A DNA stretch of 64,000 nt from an uncultured Defluviitaleaceae bacterium (GTDB taxonomy: Bacteria > Bacillota > Clostridia > Lachnospirales > WRBF01): NCBI GenBank assembly GCA_964533945.1, contig CAZHPA010000003.1:1128-65127 (forward strand). Direction: 5' to 3'. This document shows positions 29,342 to 39,221 of the stretch, piece after piece. Position numbers and translations under genes: made by a program. The notes beneath the pieces are model-generated. The model searched no databases. It saw only the letters and a list, made by a program, of their open reading frames with translations, and was not told the DNA's origin. Within the stretch, counting starts at the first letter, position 1, and each line of letters begins with the position of its first letter.

Positions 29342-30754
29342 TTGTTAGGAGATTTCAAAATGTCAACAAACCTAGAAAACCGTATGGCAACGGAAAAACT
29401 AAGCCTTCTTGTAATAAAGCTATCAATTCCAACTATTATTTCAATGGTTGTTTCGGCATTGTATAATGTTGTTGATAGATTTTGGATAGGAAAAATGGAA
29501 GGCATAGGCGCAAGCGCGCTAGCCGGAATAGGCATATGTATGCCTATAATGAATATTATAATGGGATTTTCAATGCTTGTTGCAATAGGGGCTGCTTCCC
29601 GAATTTCAATTAGCCTTGGAGAACGTGAGCAACAGTTTGCCGAAAAAGTACTTGGAAATGCATTTACATTAACAATTTTATTTGCTGCATTTTCAACAAT
29701 TGGCGGCTTATTAACTTTAAAGCCTTTGTTGCTTTTGGTTGGGGCAACAGAAAACAGCTTACCATACGCAATAGACTATATGTCTATTATATTAATCGGT
29801 TCAACATTTGCCTTTTTATCCTTTTCAATGAATCACCCTATACGTGCTGCTGGAAACAGCGTTCGCTTTGCAACTACTCAAATTATTGGAACAGTTGTTA
29901 ATATTATATTAGACCCAATTTTAATTTTTGGCTTTAATATGGGAATTAAAGGGGCGGCTTGGGCAACAATTATTGCTCAGCTTGTAACGTGTGTTTGGAT
30001 TTTTGCGTATTTTTTCGGTAAAAAATCTGTAATTAAGTTTAAATTTAAAAACCTAAAACCCGATTTTGCCGTTGTTGCAAGCATTTTTTCAATTGGACTT
30101 TCACCGTTTTTAATGCAAGTTGCCGCAAGCTTTATTTCGGCAATTGCAAACCGCACCCTTCAATATTACGGAGAGCTTGAAATTGGTTCGGGAGATATGG
30201 CAATTAGTAGCATGACTATAGTTATGAGCCTTTTTGTTTTGCTTTTTATGCCCATTTTAGGAATAAACCAAGGTGTGCAGCCTATAATAGGCTTTAACTT
30301 CGGCGCAAAAAATTATGAACGTGTTAGAGATGCGTTTAAATGGTCGGTTATATATAGCATTGCTATGTGTACGGCAGGTTTTTTAGTTGTTGAAATGTTT
30401 GCCCCACAAATGATTTTAATATTTAACGACGACCCATCTTTAGTTTCATTAGGTGCTAAAGGTGCAAGAATATTTTTAGCTTCAATGCCGCTGTTAGGGT
30501 TTTTAGTTCCGGCAACAAATTTCTTTCAAGCTATTGGAAGGGCAAAAATTTCTATTATTTTAAGTCTTTTACGACAAGTAATTGTTTTAGTTCCTGCATA
30601 TTTTATTTTGCCTAAACTTTTAGGGTTGAATGGAGCATTTATGGCAAATCCCCTTTCAGATATTATTTCTACAGTTGTTGCTTTTGTTTATATAATTAAG
30701 GAATTTAAACTTTTAAAAATTAGGTTTGAACAAGAAAATAAACAAGTTATCTAA
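29342..30754 (+). CDS. MATE family efflux transporter (MepA-like; probable start 29360)
   Basis: LYNVVDRFWIG, NIILDPILIF.F.MGIKGAAWAT, QPIIGFNFGA. Confidence 0.93.
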   Translation: MLGDFKMSTNLENRMATEKLSLLVIKLSIPTIISMVVSALYNVVDRFWIGKMEGIGASALAGIGICMPIMNIIMGFSMLVAIGAASRISISLGEREQQFAEKVLGNAFTLTILFAAFSTIGGLLTLKPLLLLVGATENSLPYAIDYMSIILIGSTFAFLSFSMNHPIRAAGNSVRFATTQIIGTVVNIILDPILIFGFNMGIKGAAWATIIAQLVTCVWIFAYFFGKKSVIKFKFKNLKPDFAVVASIFSIGLSPFLMQVAASFISAIANRTLQYYGELEIGSGDMAISSMTIVMSLFVLLFMPILGINQGVQPIIGFNFGAKNYERVRDAFKWSVIYSIAMCTAGFLVVEMFAPQMILIFNDDPSLVSLGAKGARIFLASMPLLGFLVPATNFFQAIGRAKISIILSLLRQVIVLVPAYFILPKLLGLNGAFMANPLSDIISTVVAFVYIIKEFKLLKIRFEQENKQVI

Positions 30755-30811
30755 ACCACCTTCACTGCATATATTTAATTAATATGTGTAATTACGAAGG
30801 AGGTTTTAAAA

Positions 30812-31282
30812 ATGGAACCAAACAGACGAAGGGCATATACCAAAAGCAAAAGATATGTTAGCAGGAAAAAGCCTAAAACAAAGCCAAGCACAATTGACAC
30901 AGTTGTGACGCAATGTATTGTTTGCGGTTTAGTTTTGGCTTTTTTGCTTTTTGTTCGTGTTGTTGATACGCCGTTTTCAGAAGATATTAGAAATAGCTTA
31001 AAATTTGTTTTATTAGGAGAAACAAGCGTTGATGAAGTAGTTGAAGCATACAGCAGTGTTACTAAAACTGCCGAAAATATGAAAAATTCAGTTCAAACAA
31101 TATTCGGGGGAACTAAGGAAGAGGAAGAAGAAAAAGAAGAAGAAAGTACATATAATTCAACTTTTGAAGCCGAGCCTGAAAATAGCTTGGAAATTAATAA
31201 TAATTCCAACGATAACTTTAGAATAGATGAAGATATTTTAAGCGACATAAACTCCCGACAAGATTTTTATACTGCCGACTAG
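30812..31282 (+). CDS. Single-TM protein, possibly a SpoIVFA N-terminal-like partner
   Basis: Basic N-terminus, one TM, acidic tail; immediately upstream of the spoIVFB-like gene. Confidence 0.5.
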   Translation: MEPNRRRAYTKSKRYVSRKKPKTKPSTIDTVVTQCIVCGLVLAFLLFVRVVDTPFSEDIRNSLKFVLLGETSVDEVVEAYSSVTKTAENMKNSVQTIFGGTKEEEEEKEEESTYNSTFEAEPENSLEINNNSNDNFRIDEDILSDINSRQDFYTAD

Positions 31283-31296
31283 AAAATATTGCGTCC

Positions 31297-32154
31297 TTGG
31301 GAGTTGATTGCTTGCTTAAGAAAATTTCAACATTCAAATCATTTTTATTTTTCTCTGTAATAGCAATAGCATTAGGATATTTAAAACAATTTGCAATTAT
31401 TACTTCAATAGCAATATTGCACGAACTATCTCATATTATAGCAGCCAAAGCTTTTGGGCTTAATACAGAAAAAATTAGCTTCACACCAATTGGGCTTTTT
31501 GCTGTTGTTGAAGATTTTGATTTTTTACCATTATTTAAAAAGGTTGTTGTTTTGCTTGCCGGGCCTTTTGCAAACTTGCTTTTGGCAATGCTTTCATTAC
31601 TATTTTTTAAAGGAAAATATGAATTTTTTGTTGCTGCAAATATCTCTCTTTTCTTTTTTAATTTGCTTCCAATATATCCTCTTGATGGCGGAAGCGTTTT
31701 TAGTGCTATTTTAGGAAGAATGATTGGAACGATTAAAGCAGGCAACTTAATAACTAAAATTAGTAAAATATTTTGTTACATTCTTATAGTAATTGGTTTT
31801 GTGCAAGTTGTTTTATATCCATACAATATAAGTATTTTGTGCATTAGCTTATATTTAATTTTTATTAATAAAAACGGTAATATTAATGCCCAAATGCAAT
31901 TTTGCCGCTTGCTTTCTTTTAAAGACAAAGAGCATAAAGAAAAAAGAATTTTACCGCTTAAATCTTTTGCCGTTTTTAAAGAAGCGCAAGTTAAAAATAT
32001 AGTTAAGCTTTTGTGTTTTGATTACTTTTTTGTTGTATATATAATTGATGAAGGAGTTGTATTTACAGAGCGGCAAGTTATTGACTATGTTTTAAAGTTT
32101 GGGCTTTGTGGAACTGTATTTGATATATATAAAACCGCCAATGCGGCGTGTTAG
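31297..32154 (+). CDS. M50 site-2 protease, SpoIVFB-like
   Basis: HELSH, LAGP, FNLLPIYPLDGG. Confidence 0.85.
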   Translation: MGVDCLLKKISTFKSFLFFSVIAIALGYLKQFAIITSIAILHELSHIIAAKAFGLNTEKISFTPIGLFAVVEDFDFLPLFKKVVVLLAGPFANLLLAMLSLLFFKGKYEFFVAANISLFFFNLLPIYPLDGGSVFSAILGRMIGTIKAGNLITKISKIFCYILIVIGFVQVVLYPYNISILCISLYLIFINKNGNINAQMQFCRLLSFKDKEHKEKRILPLKSFAVFKEAQVKNIVKLLCFDYFFVVYIIDEGVVFTERQVIDYVLKFGLCGTVFDIYKTANAAC

Positions 32155-32157
32155 CAT

Positions 32158-32197
32158 AAATTCCCTAAAAAGCTTTGCTTTGGTGGGGAATTTTTTA
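32158..32197 (+). terminator. Intrinsic terminator
   Basis: AAATTCCC...GGGAATTTTTT. Confidence 0.65.
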
Positions 32198-32383
32198 TTA
32201 TGCAATATTTGTATGCCACTAAAAAATTATGTTATAACAAGACGATGAAATAGAACTAATATTTTTTGACATGCAAATTGTATTTTTTAGTCCTTTTATT
32301 TATTGAAATTTATATATAAAAACTACCTAGGCATTATTATAATAAACGCTAGATGGTTTGTGCTGAAGGTTATTAGAAAATAT

Positions 32384-32478
32384 GTGACATACTCACTCAC
32401 CTATATCTTAGATAGGCAAGGGAATATGTCACCCATTTCAACGGCACAAGCCCCCGGCTTTAGCCGTGGGGAAGAAGC
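32384..32478. mobile_element. IS200/IS605-like palindromic end remnant (non-autonomous)
   Basis: GTGACATA...TATGTCAC inverted repeat plus the GC-rich hairpin AAGCCCCCGGCTTTAGCCGTGGGG typical of IS200/IS605 ends. Confidence 0.6.
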
Positions 32479-32529
32479 TGTAATATTTTTAAAATTTTAT
32501 TAGAAACTCCATTGACGCAAATAAGTATT

Positions 32530-33753
32530 TTATCTTAAAGACATTTCGCTAATTCTTTCAATTGCTTTTTTAGTATTTTCTGCACTTCCAAATGCCGTTA
32601 ATCTAACATATCCTTCGCCGCTTGGCCCAAACCCAACACCCGGAGTTGTTACAACAAATACTTCATTTAAAAGTTTGTCGAAAAATTGCCATGATGTATA
32701 ACCGCTTGGAACTTTTGCCCAAATATATGGGGCGTTTTGTCCGCCAAAAACAGTAAGCCCTGCTTTGGTTAAACCTTCCCTAATTACGAAAGCATTTTTC
32801 ATATAATAATCTATAGTTTCTTTAACGGCTTTTTGCCCTGCTTCTGAATAGACGGCGGCCGCTCCTTTTTGAATAATATATGAAACACCGTTATATTTTG
32901 TAGATTGGCGACGCAACCATAATGAATTTATACTAACACCTTCAACTACAAGTTCTTTTGGAATAACAACATATGCGCAGCGTGTTCCTGTGAAGCCGGC
33001 AGTTTTTGAAAAGCTTCTAAATTCAATAGCGCAGCTTTTAGCGCCTTCAATTTCAAAAATGCTGCGAGGTAAGCTGTCGTCGCTTATAAATGCTTCATAT
33101 GCGGCATCGTATAATATTATAGAGTTATTTTTTTGCGCATATTCAACCCAATTTTTTAAATATTCTTTTGTTGCAACTGCTCCTGTTGGGTTATTTGGAA
33201 AGCAAAGATATATTAAATCTGCCTTTTTAGAAGCTGGAATTTCTGGCAAAAATCCATTTTGTTCTGTGCATTCCATATATATTATATTGCTCCATTTGCC
33301 GTTTTCTAAAAGTTCGCCGGAACGTCCACCCATTACGTTTGAATCGACATATACAGGGTACACAGGGTCGCAGACAGCAATTATGTTGTCTGTTCCAAAA
33401 ATGTCGCCAATGCAACTTGTATCGCTTTTTGCACCGTCGCTAACAAATATTTCTGAAATGTCAATATTAACGCCACGTGATGCAAAGTCGTTGTCTGCTA
33501 TTAGTTTACGTAAAAATTCATAGCCTTCATATGGGCCATAGCCTTTTAAGCCTGCTTCTGTTAGCATTTCGTCTGCTGCTTCCTTAATTGCGCAAACAAC
33601 AGCTTGAGAAAGGGGGCGTGTTACATCGCCTATTCCTAAGCGAATTATTTCTTTTGTTGGGTTTTCTGCAGCAAATTTTGAAACTTTTGTACTAATATCT
33701 GCAAATAAATAATTTCCCGGTAGTTTTGTATAATTTTTGTTAATTGTAGCCAA
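32530..33753 (-). CDS. dapL: LL-diaminopimelate aminotransferase
   Basis: [35 protein letters not shown]. Confidence 0.95.
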   Translation of the reverse strand: MATINKNYTKLPGNYLFADISTKVSKFAAENPTKEIIRLGIGDVTRPLSQAVVCAIKEAADEMLTEAGLKGYGPYEGYEFLRKLIADNDFASRGVNIDISEIFVSDGAKSDTSCIGDIFGTDNIIAVCDPVYPVYVDSNVMGGRSGELLENGKWSNIIYMECTEQNGFLPEIPASKKADLIYLCFPNNPTGAVATKEYLKNWVEYAQKNNSIILYDAAYEAFISDDSLPRSIFEIEGAKSCAIEFRSFSKTAGFTGTRCAYVVIPKELVVEGVSINSLWLRRQSTKYNGVSYIIQKGAAAVYSEAGQKAVKETIDYYMKNAFVIREGLTKAGLTVFGGQNAPYIWAKVPSGYTSWQFFDKLLNEVFVVTTPGVGFGPSGEGYVRLTAFGSAENTKKAIERISEMSLR

Positions 33754-33844
33754 TGTTAAATCTCCTTTGTATTTTAAATATTAAGCATATAACTTATTTA
33801 AATGATAGAGTAAGCTTTGTAGTTACAGTTGAATTAAATATATT

Positions 33845-34321
33845 TTAGTATCCCATTTCTTTAAGTATTGAACTTAACCTACTAAGGCGTTCGCCTAAAA
33901 GCTCATCATCTTTGGCAAGCTCTGCGTACAGAAGCTGTATGTCTTCGTCAAGCATTTCATTGTCTGTGCAAATAGAAACGTTCATTGCGCCACCTTGCAA
34001 TGCAATTCTATCTATTTGAATATTATTTTCATCATATAAATTTTTATATTTATATGCTTCCTTAAAATATAACTTTGTTCTGCATAGAAATATTGCAAGG
34101 TCTACAACACGATGAAGCGGCATTTCTTCTGATTGTCTTGACCATTTTTCTCCTGTATGTCTCCAAACTTTAGCAGAAGCGCTAACTTTCCCTCTGTCAC
34201 TCCATTGAGCAAGCCCAATAGACAAGCCTTTTGCATCTGAGCCTTTAATTCTTCCGTCTATTTTATCATATTCTTCTGAAACTATAACGGGTTTGTGTTT
34301 TAGGTTGGTTGGAACTTTCAC
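33845..34321 (-). CDS. Conserved hypothetical protein (DUF6530-like)
   Basis: MKVPT.LKHKPV, SAKVWRHTGEKWSRQSEEMPLHR. Confidence 0.7.
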   Translation of the reverse strand: MKVPTNLKHKPVIVSEEYDKIDGRIKGSDAKGLSIGLAQWSDRGKVSASAKVWRHTGEKWSRQSEEMPLHRVVDLAIFLCRTKLYFKEAYKYKNLYDENNIQIDRIALQGGAMNVSICTDNEMLDEDIQLLYAELAKDDELLGERLSRLSSILKEMGY

Positions 34322-34385
34322 TATAATATCACCCTTTTTATATTTAGATTACTAAATATAGTATACTACTAACTTACTAAAAATG

Positions 34386-35225
34386 TCAACAATTAATTTC
34401 TCCATCAAAAACAAACTCTGCTCCACCTGCCATATAGACGCAATTATCGTCTTTGCTCCATTTTATATTTAAATTTCCGCCACGCAATACAAGCGTTGCT
34501 TCCCTTTTTGCAAGCCCGCACAAAACAGCCGCAACTAAAGTTGCACAAGCACCTGTTCCGCAAGCTAACGTTTCACCAGAACCACGCTCCCAAACACGCA
34601 TTTTTATTTTGTTTTCATCCAAAATAAAAGCAAATTCAGTATTTATTCTACTTGGGAAAATTTTATTGTTTTCAAAAAGAGGTCCTAGCTTTTCAATATT
34701 TAAATTATCAACATCACTTTCACTTTCCATAAAAACAACGGCATGGGGATTGCCCATTGAAACACAAGTTACTAAAAATGTTTTTCCGTCAATAGTAAGC
34801 GGTTGTTTTATAAATTTTTCCACATTAGAGCTGGCAGTAACAGGAATTTCTTTTGGAGAAAGTATAGGTTCGCCCATATTAACTTCAATAATTCCTTTTT
34901 GGGGGAAAAGCTTAATAATTTTAATTCCTGCAAGTGTTTCAAGCGTTATTGTTGTTTTTGTTGTAAGCCCACGCTCAAATACATATTTTCCAATGCAACG
35001 GGTTGCATTGCCACACATTTGAGAGCGGCTTCCATCTGAATTATACATTTCCATTTTAAAATCGGCAACATCTGATTTTTTAATTAAAACAAGCCCATCA
35101 GAACCAATGCCAAAATGTCTGTCACTAAGTTTTATTGCAAGTTCGCTTGGGTTTTCTATTGTTTCTTCAAAGCAGTTAACATATATATAGTCGTTTCCTG
35201 CTCCTTGCATTTTTGTAAATTTCAT
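34386..35225 (-). CDS. dapF: Diaminopimelate epimerase
   Basis: FTKMQGAGNDY, MCGNATRC, SMGNPH, WERGSGETLACGTGA. Confidence 0.97.
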   Translation of the reverse strand: MKFTKMQGAGNDYIYVNCFEETIENPSELAIKLSDRHFGIGSDGLVLIKKSDVADFKMEMYNSDGSRSQMCGNATRCIGKYVFERGLTTKTTITLETLAGIKIIKLFPQKGIIEVNMGEPILSPKEIPVTASSNVEKFIKQPLTIDGKTFLVTCVSMGNPHAVVFMESESDVDNLNIEKLGPLFENNKIFPSRINTEFAFILDENKIKMRVWERGSGETLACGTGACATLVAAVLCGLAKREATLVLRGGNLNIKWSKDDNCVYMAGGAEFVFDGEINC

Positions 35226-35326
35226 AAATTATTCTCCTTAATATTTTTATAGTTTTACACTAAATACCGGCAACCAAAAGCTGCCGGATATGGTTTGATT
35301 TTATAAAGCTTTTTCATTATAAACTT

Positions 35327-35983
35327 TTAAGCTTTTGCCGAAGCTTCCCATTCATCGAAACCTTTCATAACTGTATCATAAGTATCCTGGCTAATTTGCG
35401 GAAGTTTGCCGCCCCATGCTTTTTCTGCTGCTTCAAAGCCTTTTTCAACAGCTTTTTTTAATGCCGGGATTTTTGAAGGGTCGCCGCCTGATATTGCCTT
35501 GGCAAAGCCTAAAATCCTCTCTGCTGTTTTTTCAACGCTGTAATAGCCGCCTTCCGCTATGTCTTCTTTAGCTTGTGCTCTTGTTTCTGCATCAATTTCA
35601 ACGTATGCGTTTTTTCCACTTTTAATTTTAAAAAGCAAGTTGTTAAATTCGTCGCTTATGCTTGCGCCGCTTGCAACTGCATTTTTCCCTGCCTGCTTTC
35701 TAACTAAGCCTTCAATTAGCTTTTTAAGCTTCGATTCGCCTGTTTTGCTTTCTCGAATCATTTGGTCTACAGCTTTTCTGTCAACAACATATTTTTCTTT
35801 TGATGTGCCTTTAGTTTCTGTAGATTTTTCGTAAACTCCTGCTGTTTCATTTCCTGTTGGGTTTGCTTTAGATGTAGTTTCATTAGTAGTTGAAGTTTTA
35901 CTTGTTGAGCTTGCTGTTGTTGATGATGTTGCTGTTGAAGAAGATTGCCATGTTGCGCTTGAAGTAGTGTTATCAACGTTCAT
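35327..35983 (-). CDS. Conserved hypothetical protein (DUF5610-like C-terminus), probably SigD-dependent
   Basis: AGGAG RBS before ATG 35983; EGGYYSVEKTAERILGFAKAISGGD...GGKLPQISQDTYD. Confidence 0.65.
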   Translation of the reverse strand: MNVDNTTSSATWQSSSTATSSTTASSTSKTSTTNETTSKANPTGNETAGVYEKSTETKGTSKEKYVVDRKAVDQMIRESKTGESKLKKLIEGLVRKQAGKNAVASGASISDEFNNLLFKIKSGKNAYVEIDAETRAQAKEDIAEGGYYSVEKTAERILGFAKAISGGDPSKIPALKKAVEKGFEAAEKAWGGKLPQISQDTYDTVMKGFDEWEASAKA

Positions 35984-36033
35984 GTTATCACTCCTTGAAT
36001 TTGTATTTACTCCATTATTTCTGTTACGATTAT

Positions 36034-36061
36034 ATATCGTCATATATTATAATTTTATTTA
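36034..36061 (-). promoter_or_regulatory. SigD (sigma-28) type promoter
   Basis: TAAA-16 nt-GACGATAT, one mismatch to TAAA-N16-GCCGATAT. Confidence 0.55.
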
Positions 36062-36135
36062 TTATAAAGTTTAAACAGTTTGACAATTTTAGCAAATTTA
36101 GTATAATAAAAAAATAGTTATAATTTTAAAAAAGG

Positions 36136-36825
36136 GTGTGGCATATGGACCCCAGAACAAAAATTATATCGCTGGCAGTATTAAGTATTATTATTTTTTC
36201 AACAAATAAATTCTTAGTTATTTTTGGGCTATTTATTTTATTTATTGCACTTTGGAAGTTATGCAAACTTCAATTTAAAATTTTAGCTAAATATTTTACG
36301 TTTTTAATAAAAATAGTTGCATTTATTGTGCTGACCCAATCTTTTTTTTATAAAAGCCGGCTTTCGTTGGAAGGTTTTTATTTTGGGCTGTTAGTTGGGT
36401 TTAGGTTAATTACGCTAACGGTACTTATGCCATTAGTTACATTAACTACAAAAACAAATATTTTAGCTTTAGGTTTAATTAAACTTGGGCTAAATTATAA
36501 AATTGCATATACAGCAACGGCTTCGCTTAATTTTGTACAAACGTTTACAGAAGAAATAGGCTATATAATGGAAGCGCAAAAATTAAGAGGAATTACGCAA
36601 AAAGGCACATTTATTAAAAAGCTTAAAGTATACAAATTAATTGCAATACCGCTAGTAATAGGGGCTATGTGCCGTGCAAAATCGGTTGGTGTTGCAATGG
36701 ACACAAGAGCATTTGGGGCTTTTAAAACAAGAACAAGCATAGACAGCATTAAAATGACTTCAATTGACTATTTTACATTAGCTGTTGTTTTTATATTTTC
36801 GATATTGGTATTTATATTTCGCTAA
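36136..36825 (+). CDS. ecfT: ECF transporter transmembrane component T
   Basis: DPRTK, EAQKLRG, AMDTRAF. Confidence 0.88.
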   Translation: MWHMDPRTKIISLAVLSIIIFSTNKFLVIFGLFILFIALWKLCKLQFKILAKYFTFLIKIVAFIVLTQSFFYKSRLSLEGFYFGLLVGFRLITLTVLMPLVTLTTKTNILALGLIKLGLNYKIAYTATASLNFVQTFTEEIGYIMEAQKLRGITQKGTFIKKLKVYKLIAIPLVIGAMCRAKSVGVAMDTRAFGAFKTRTSIDSIKMTSIDYFTLAVVFIFSILVFIFR

Positions 36826-36836
36826 AAAGCCAAAGG

Positions 36837-37685
36837 GTGATTAAACTGATTAAACTTGAAAATATATGCTATAAATATGCAAATTCTAAGCAATATGCGC
36901 TAAAAAACGTTAACTTAGAGTTTAAAAAAGGAGAAACTATTGCAATTATGGGTAAAAACGGTTCGGGTAAAACAACGCTTTGCCTAACTTTAAACGGTAT
37001 AATTCCACATTCTTTTTTAGGAGAATTAACGGGAACAGTTGTTGTTAATGGAAAAAATACATATGAAACTCCCGTTTATAAGCTTTCTCAAACTGTGGCA
37101 ACTGTTTTAGATGACCCAGAAACGCAACTGTTTACGCCAACAGTTCAAAATGAAGTTGCCTTTGCGCTTGAAAATTTAAATATTTGCCCAAATGAAATTA
37201 AGAACAGAATTTGTGAAGCTTTAGAAGTTGTTTCGCTTAGTAAATATGCAAATTATGCCCCAACGCTTCTTTCAGGAGGGCAAAAGCAGCGTCTGGCAAT
37301 AGCTTGTGCAATTGCAATGCAATGCCCTATAATTGTTTTAGACGAGCCAACATCACAGCTTGACCCTTTGGCAACAAGAAAAGTATTTGAACTACTTGCA
37401 AAAATTAAAAGCAATTATAATACAACAATTATAATTGCAACTCACGAAAGTGAGCAAGTTGCATATTTTGCTGATAAAATATGCCTTTTAAAAGATGGGG
37501 AAGTTTTAGCACTTGATAAACCAAGCGTTGTTTTTAGGTTAAATGAAATAAAACCTCCTCAAGTTTCACTTCTTGCAAAATTTTTAGAAAAAAACAATGC
37601 ACCACTACAAAATTTTCCAATAACTAAAGAGGAGGCGTTTTCAGAAATTGTTGGACAATATTGCTTTAAAGGCTTTAGAAATTAA
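36837..37685 (+). CDS. ECF transporter ATPase
   Basis: GKNGSGKT, LSGGQKQR, LDEPTSQLDP. Confidence 0.9.
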   Translation: MIKLIKLENICYKYANSKQYALKNVNLEFKKGETIAIMGKNGSGKTTLCLTLNGIIPHSFLGELTGTVVVNGKNTYETPVYKLSQTVATVLDDPETQLFTPTVQNEVAFALENLNICPNEIKNRICEALEVVSLSKYANYAPTLLSGGQKQRLAIACAIAMQCPIIVLDEPTSQLDPLATRKVFELLAKIKSNYNTTIIIATHESEQVAYFADKICLLKDGEVLALDKPSVVFRLNEIKPPQVSLLAKFLEKNNAPLQNFPITKEEAFSEIVGQYCFKGFRN

Positions 37686-38463
37686 TAATTTAACATATGT
37701 ATATGAAAATGGTCATAAAGCACTTGACAACATAAACTTTAACATTGAAAAAAGCGAATTTGTTGCAGTTGTTGGGCAAAACGGTTCAGGCAAATCAACG
37801 CTTTTAAAAAATATTGTAGGATTGTTAGCGCCAACATATGGCAACATTTATATAGATGGAAGCGATGATAGAAATATATTAAATATTGCAAAAAAAATTG
37901 GCTTTGTTATGCAAAACCCAGATAGACAACTATTTTGTGATACGGTTGAAAATGAAATATATCTTGGGCTTGAAAACTTTGGGTTTTCAAAACACCAAAT
38001 TAAAGAGCGGCTAGAACAAACCATTACTTGCTTTGAGCTTGAAAGTATTAGAAAAGAGTTTCCGTTTGCGCTCCCTAAATCAAAACGCATGAAAATTGCT
38101 ATTGCTTCTGTTGTTGCTATTGGTGCTGAAATTTTAATATTAGATGAGCCAACAAGCGGGCAAGATTGTGATGGCTGCTTAATGATTATGAGCATAGTTA
38201 AAAAGCTTCATGCCGAAGGAACAACAATTATTTTTGTAACGCACAACATGGAACTTGTTGCCGAATATGCAAACAAAGTTATAGTTTTAGATGAGGGGAA
38301 GATTTTAGTTGATGGCAATTGTAAAAAAGCTTTTGAATTTATAACACCTCCTCAAATTACACAATTAGGAATCGAACTTTCAAATGCTATGCCAATTGGT
38401 AATAAAATTTCATTAACAGTTGATGAATTGGGCACTAAAATTTTAAAAAGCTTTAAAAAATAA
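37648..38463 (+). CDS. ECF transporter ATPase (second copy, degenerate signature)
   Basis: GQNGSGKS, QNPDRQLF, LDEPTSGQD; signature motif reads LPKSK. Confidence 0.88.
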   Translation: MLDNIALKALEINNLTYVYENGHKALDNINFNIEKSEFVAVVGQNGSGKSTLLKNIVGLLAPTYGNIYIDGSDDRNILNIAKKIGFVMQNPDRQLFCDTVENEIYLGLENFGFSKHQIKERLEQTITCFELESIRKEFPFALPKSKRMKIAIASVVAIGAEILILDEPTSGQDCDGCLMIMSIVKKLHAEGTTIIFVTHNMELVAEYANKVIVLDEGKILVDGNCKKAFEFITPPQITQLGIELSNAMPIGNKISLTVDELGTKILKSFKK

Positions 38464-38505
38464 GGAAGCAAAAAACAAGAAATAGAAAATAAGGAGATAA
38501 CAACT

Positions 38506-39210
38506 TTGAAGTTAGCAGATAAAAAAATACATCTTTCAATAATAGCCGTTTTTGCCGCAATTATGGCAGCTTCCCATGCTGTTCCTGCAATTCCTTTAAT
38601 AGGAGTTGGGGGAACATTTTCGGTAAGTACGGCACTATTTCCGCTTGCAGGAATTTTGTTTGGCCCAATATATGGGGCATTGTGCGCCGCAATAGCCGGC
38701 GTTATAGGGCAAATGGCAGCGCCGCATGTTGCCTGGCTTGGAGCTTTTACGTTTATAGTAGGAACAATTAACGCTTTTGCAGCAGGACTTGTAAGTCGTG
38801 GCAAATGGATATATGCCGCAACAATTTTAGCCGTTGGTACATTGCTTTGGTTTTCAAATCCAATAGGAAAATCAGTACCTCAATTTGCCATTTCGTTTTA
38901 CGGTTTAGGGTTTATTGCAATTGTTGTTGGGGGAATTTTTGCTAAAAAATGGTTCGTTTCTGATAACCCTTTTTTACAAACTATGGCAATTTTTCTATGC
39001 GCTTTTTCAGGTTTTGCAAGTACTGCATCAATTGCAAATTATTTAAGCCTTATAATATTTAAAACTCCGGCAGAAGTTTGGACTGTTTTAGCTGTTGTAT
39101 CACCTATGGAACGCTGTGTTTTTGGCGTTGCAACTGCTGTTGTTGGTGTTCCGCTTTTGTCTTTATTGCCTAAAGTTGGAATATTAGTTGGCCCTAGCCT
39201 TGCTGAATAA
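38506..39210 (+). CDS. ECF transporter substrate-binding S component
   Basis: Six to seven TMs, IAVFAA, GILFGPIYGA motif; located in the ecf operon. Confidence 0.75.
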   Translation: MKLADKKIHLSIIAVFAAIMAASHAVPAIPLIGVGGTFSVSTALFPLAGILFGPIYGALCAAIAGVIGQMAAPHVAWLGAFTFIVGTINAFAAGLVSRGKWIYAATILAVGTLLWFSNPIGKSVPQFAISFYGLGFIAIVVGGIFAKKWFVSDNPFLQTMAIFLCAFSGFASTASIANYLSLIIFKTPAEVWTVLAVVSPMERCVFGVATAVVGVPLLSLLPKVGILVGPSLAE

Positions 39211-39221
39211 ATAAATTAAGT

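Noticed and set aside
32303-32503. 66-aa ORF across the palindromic element
   Set aside because: TTG start, no RBS, no recognisable motif; the DNA structure explains the region better
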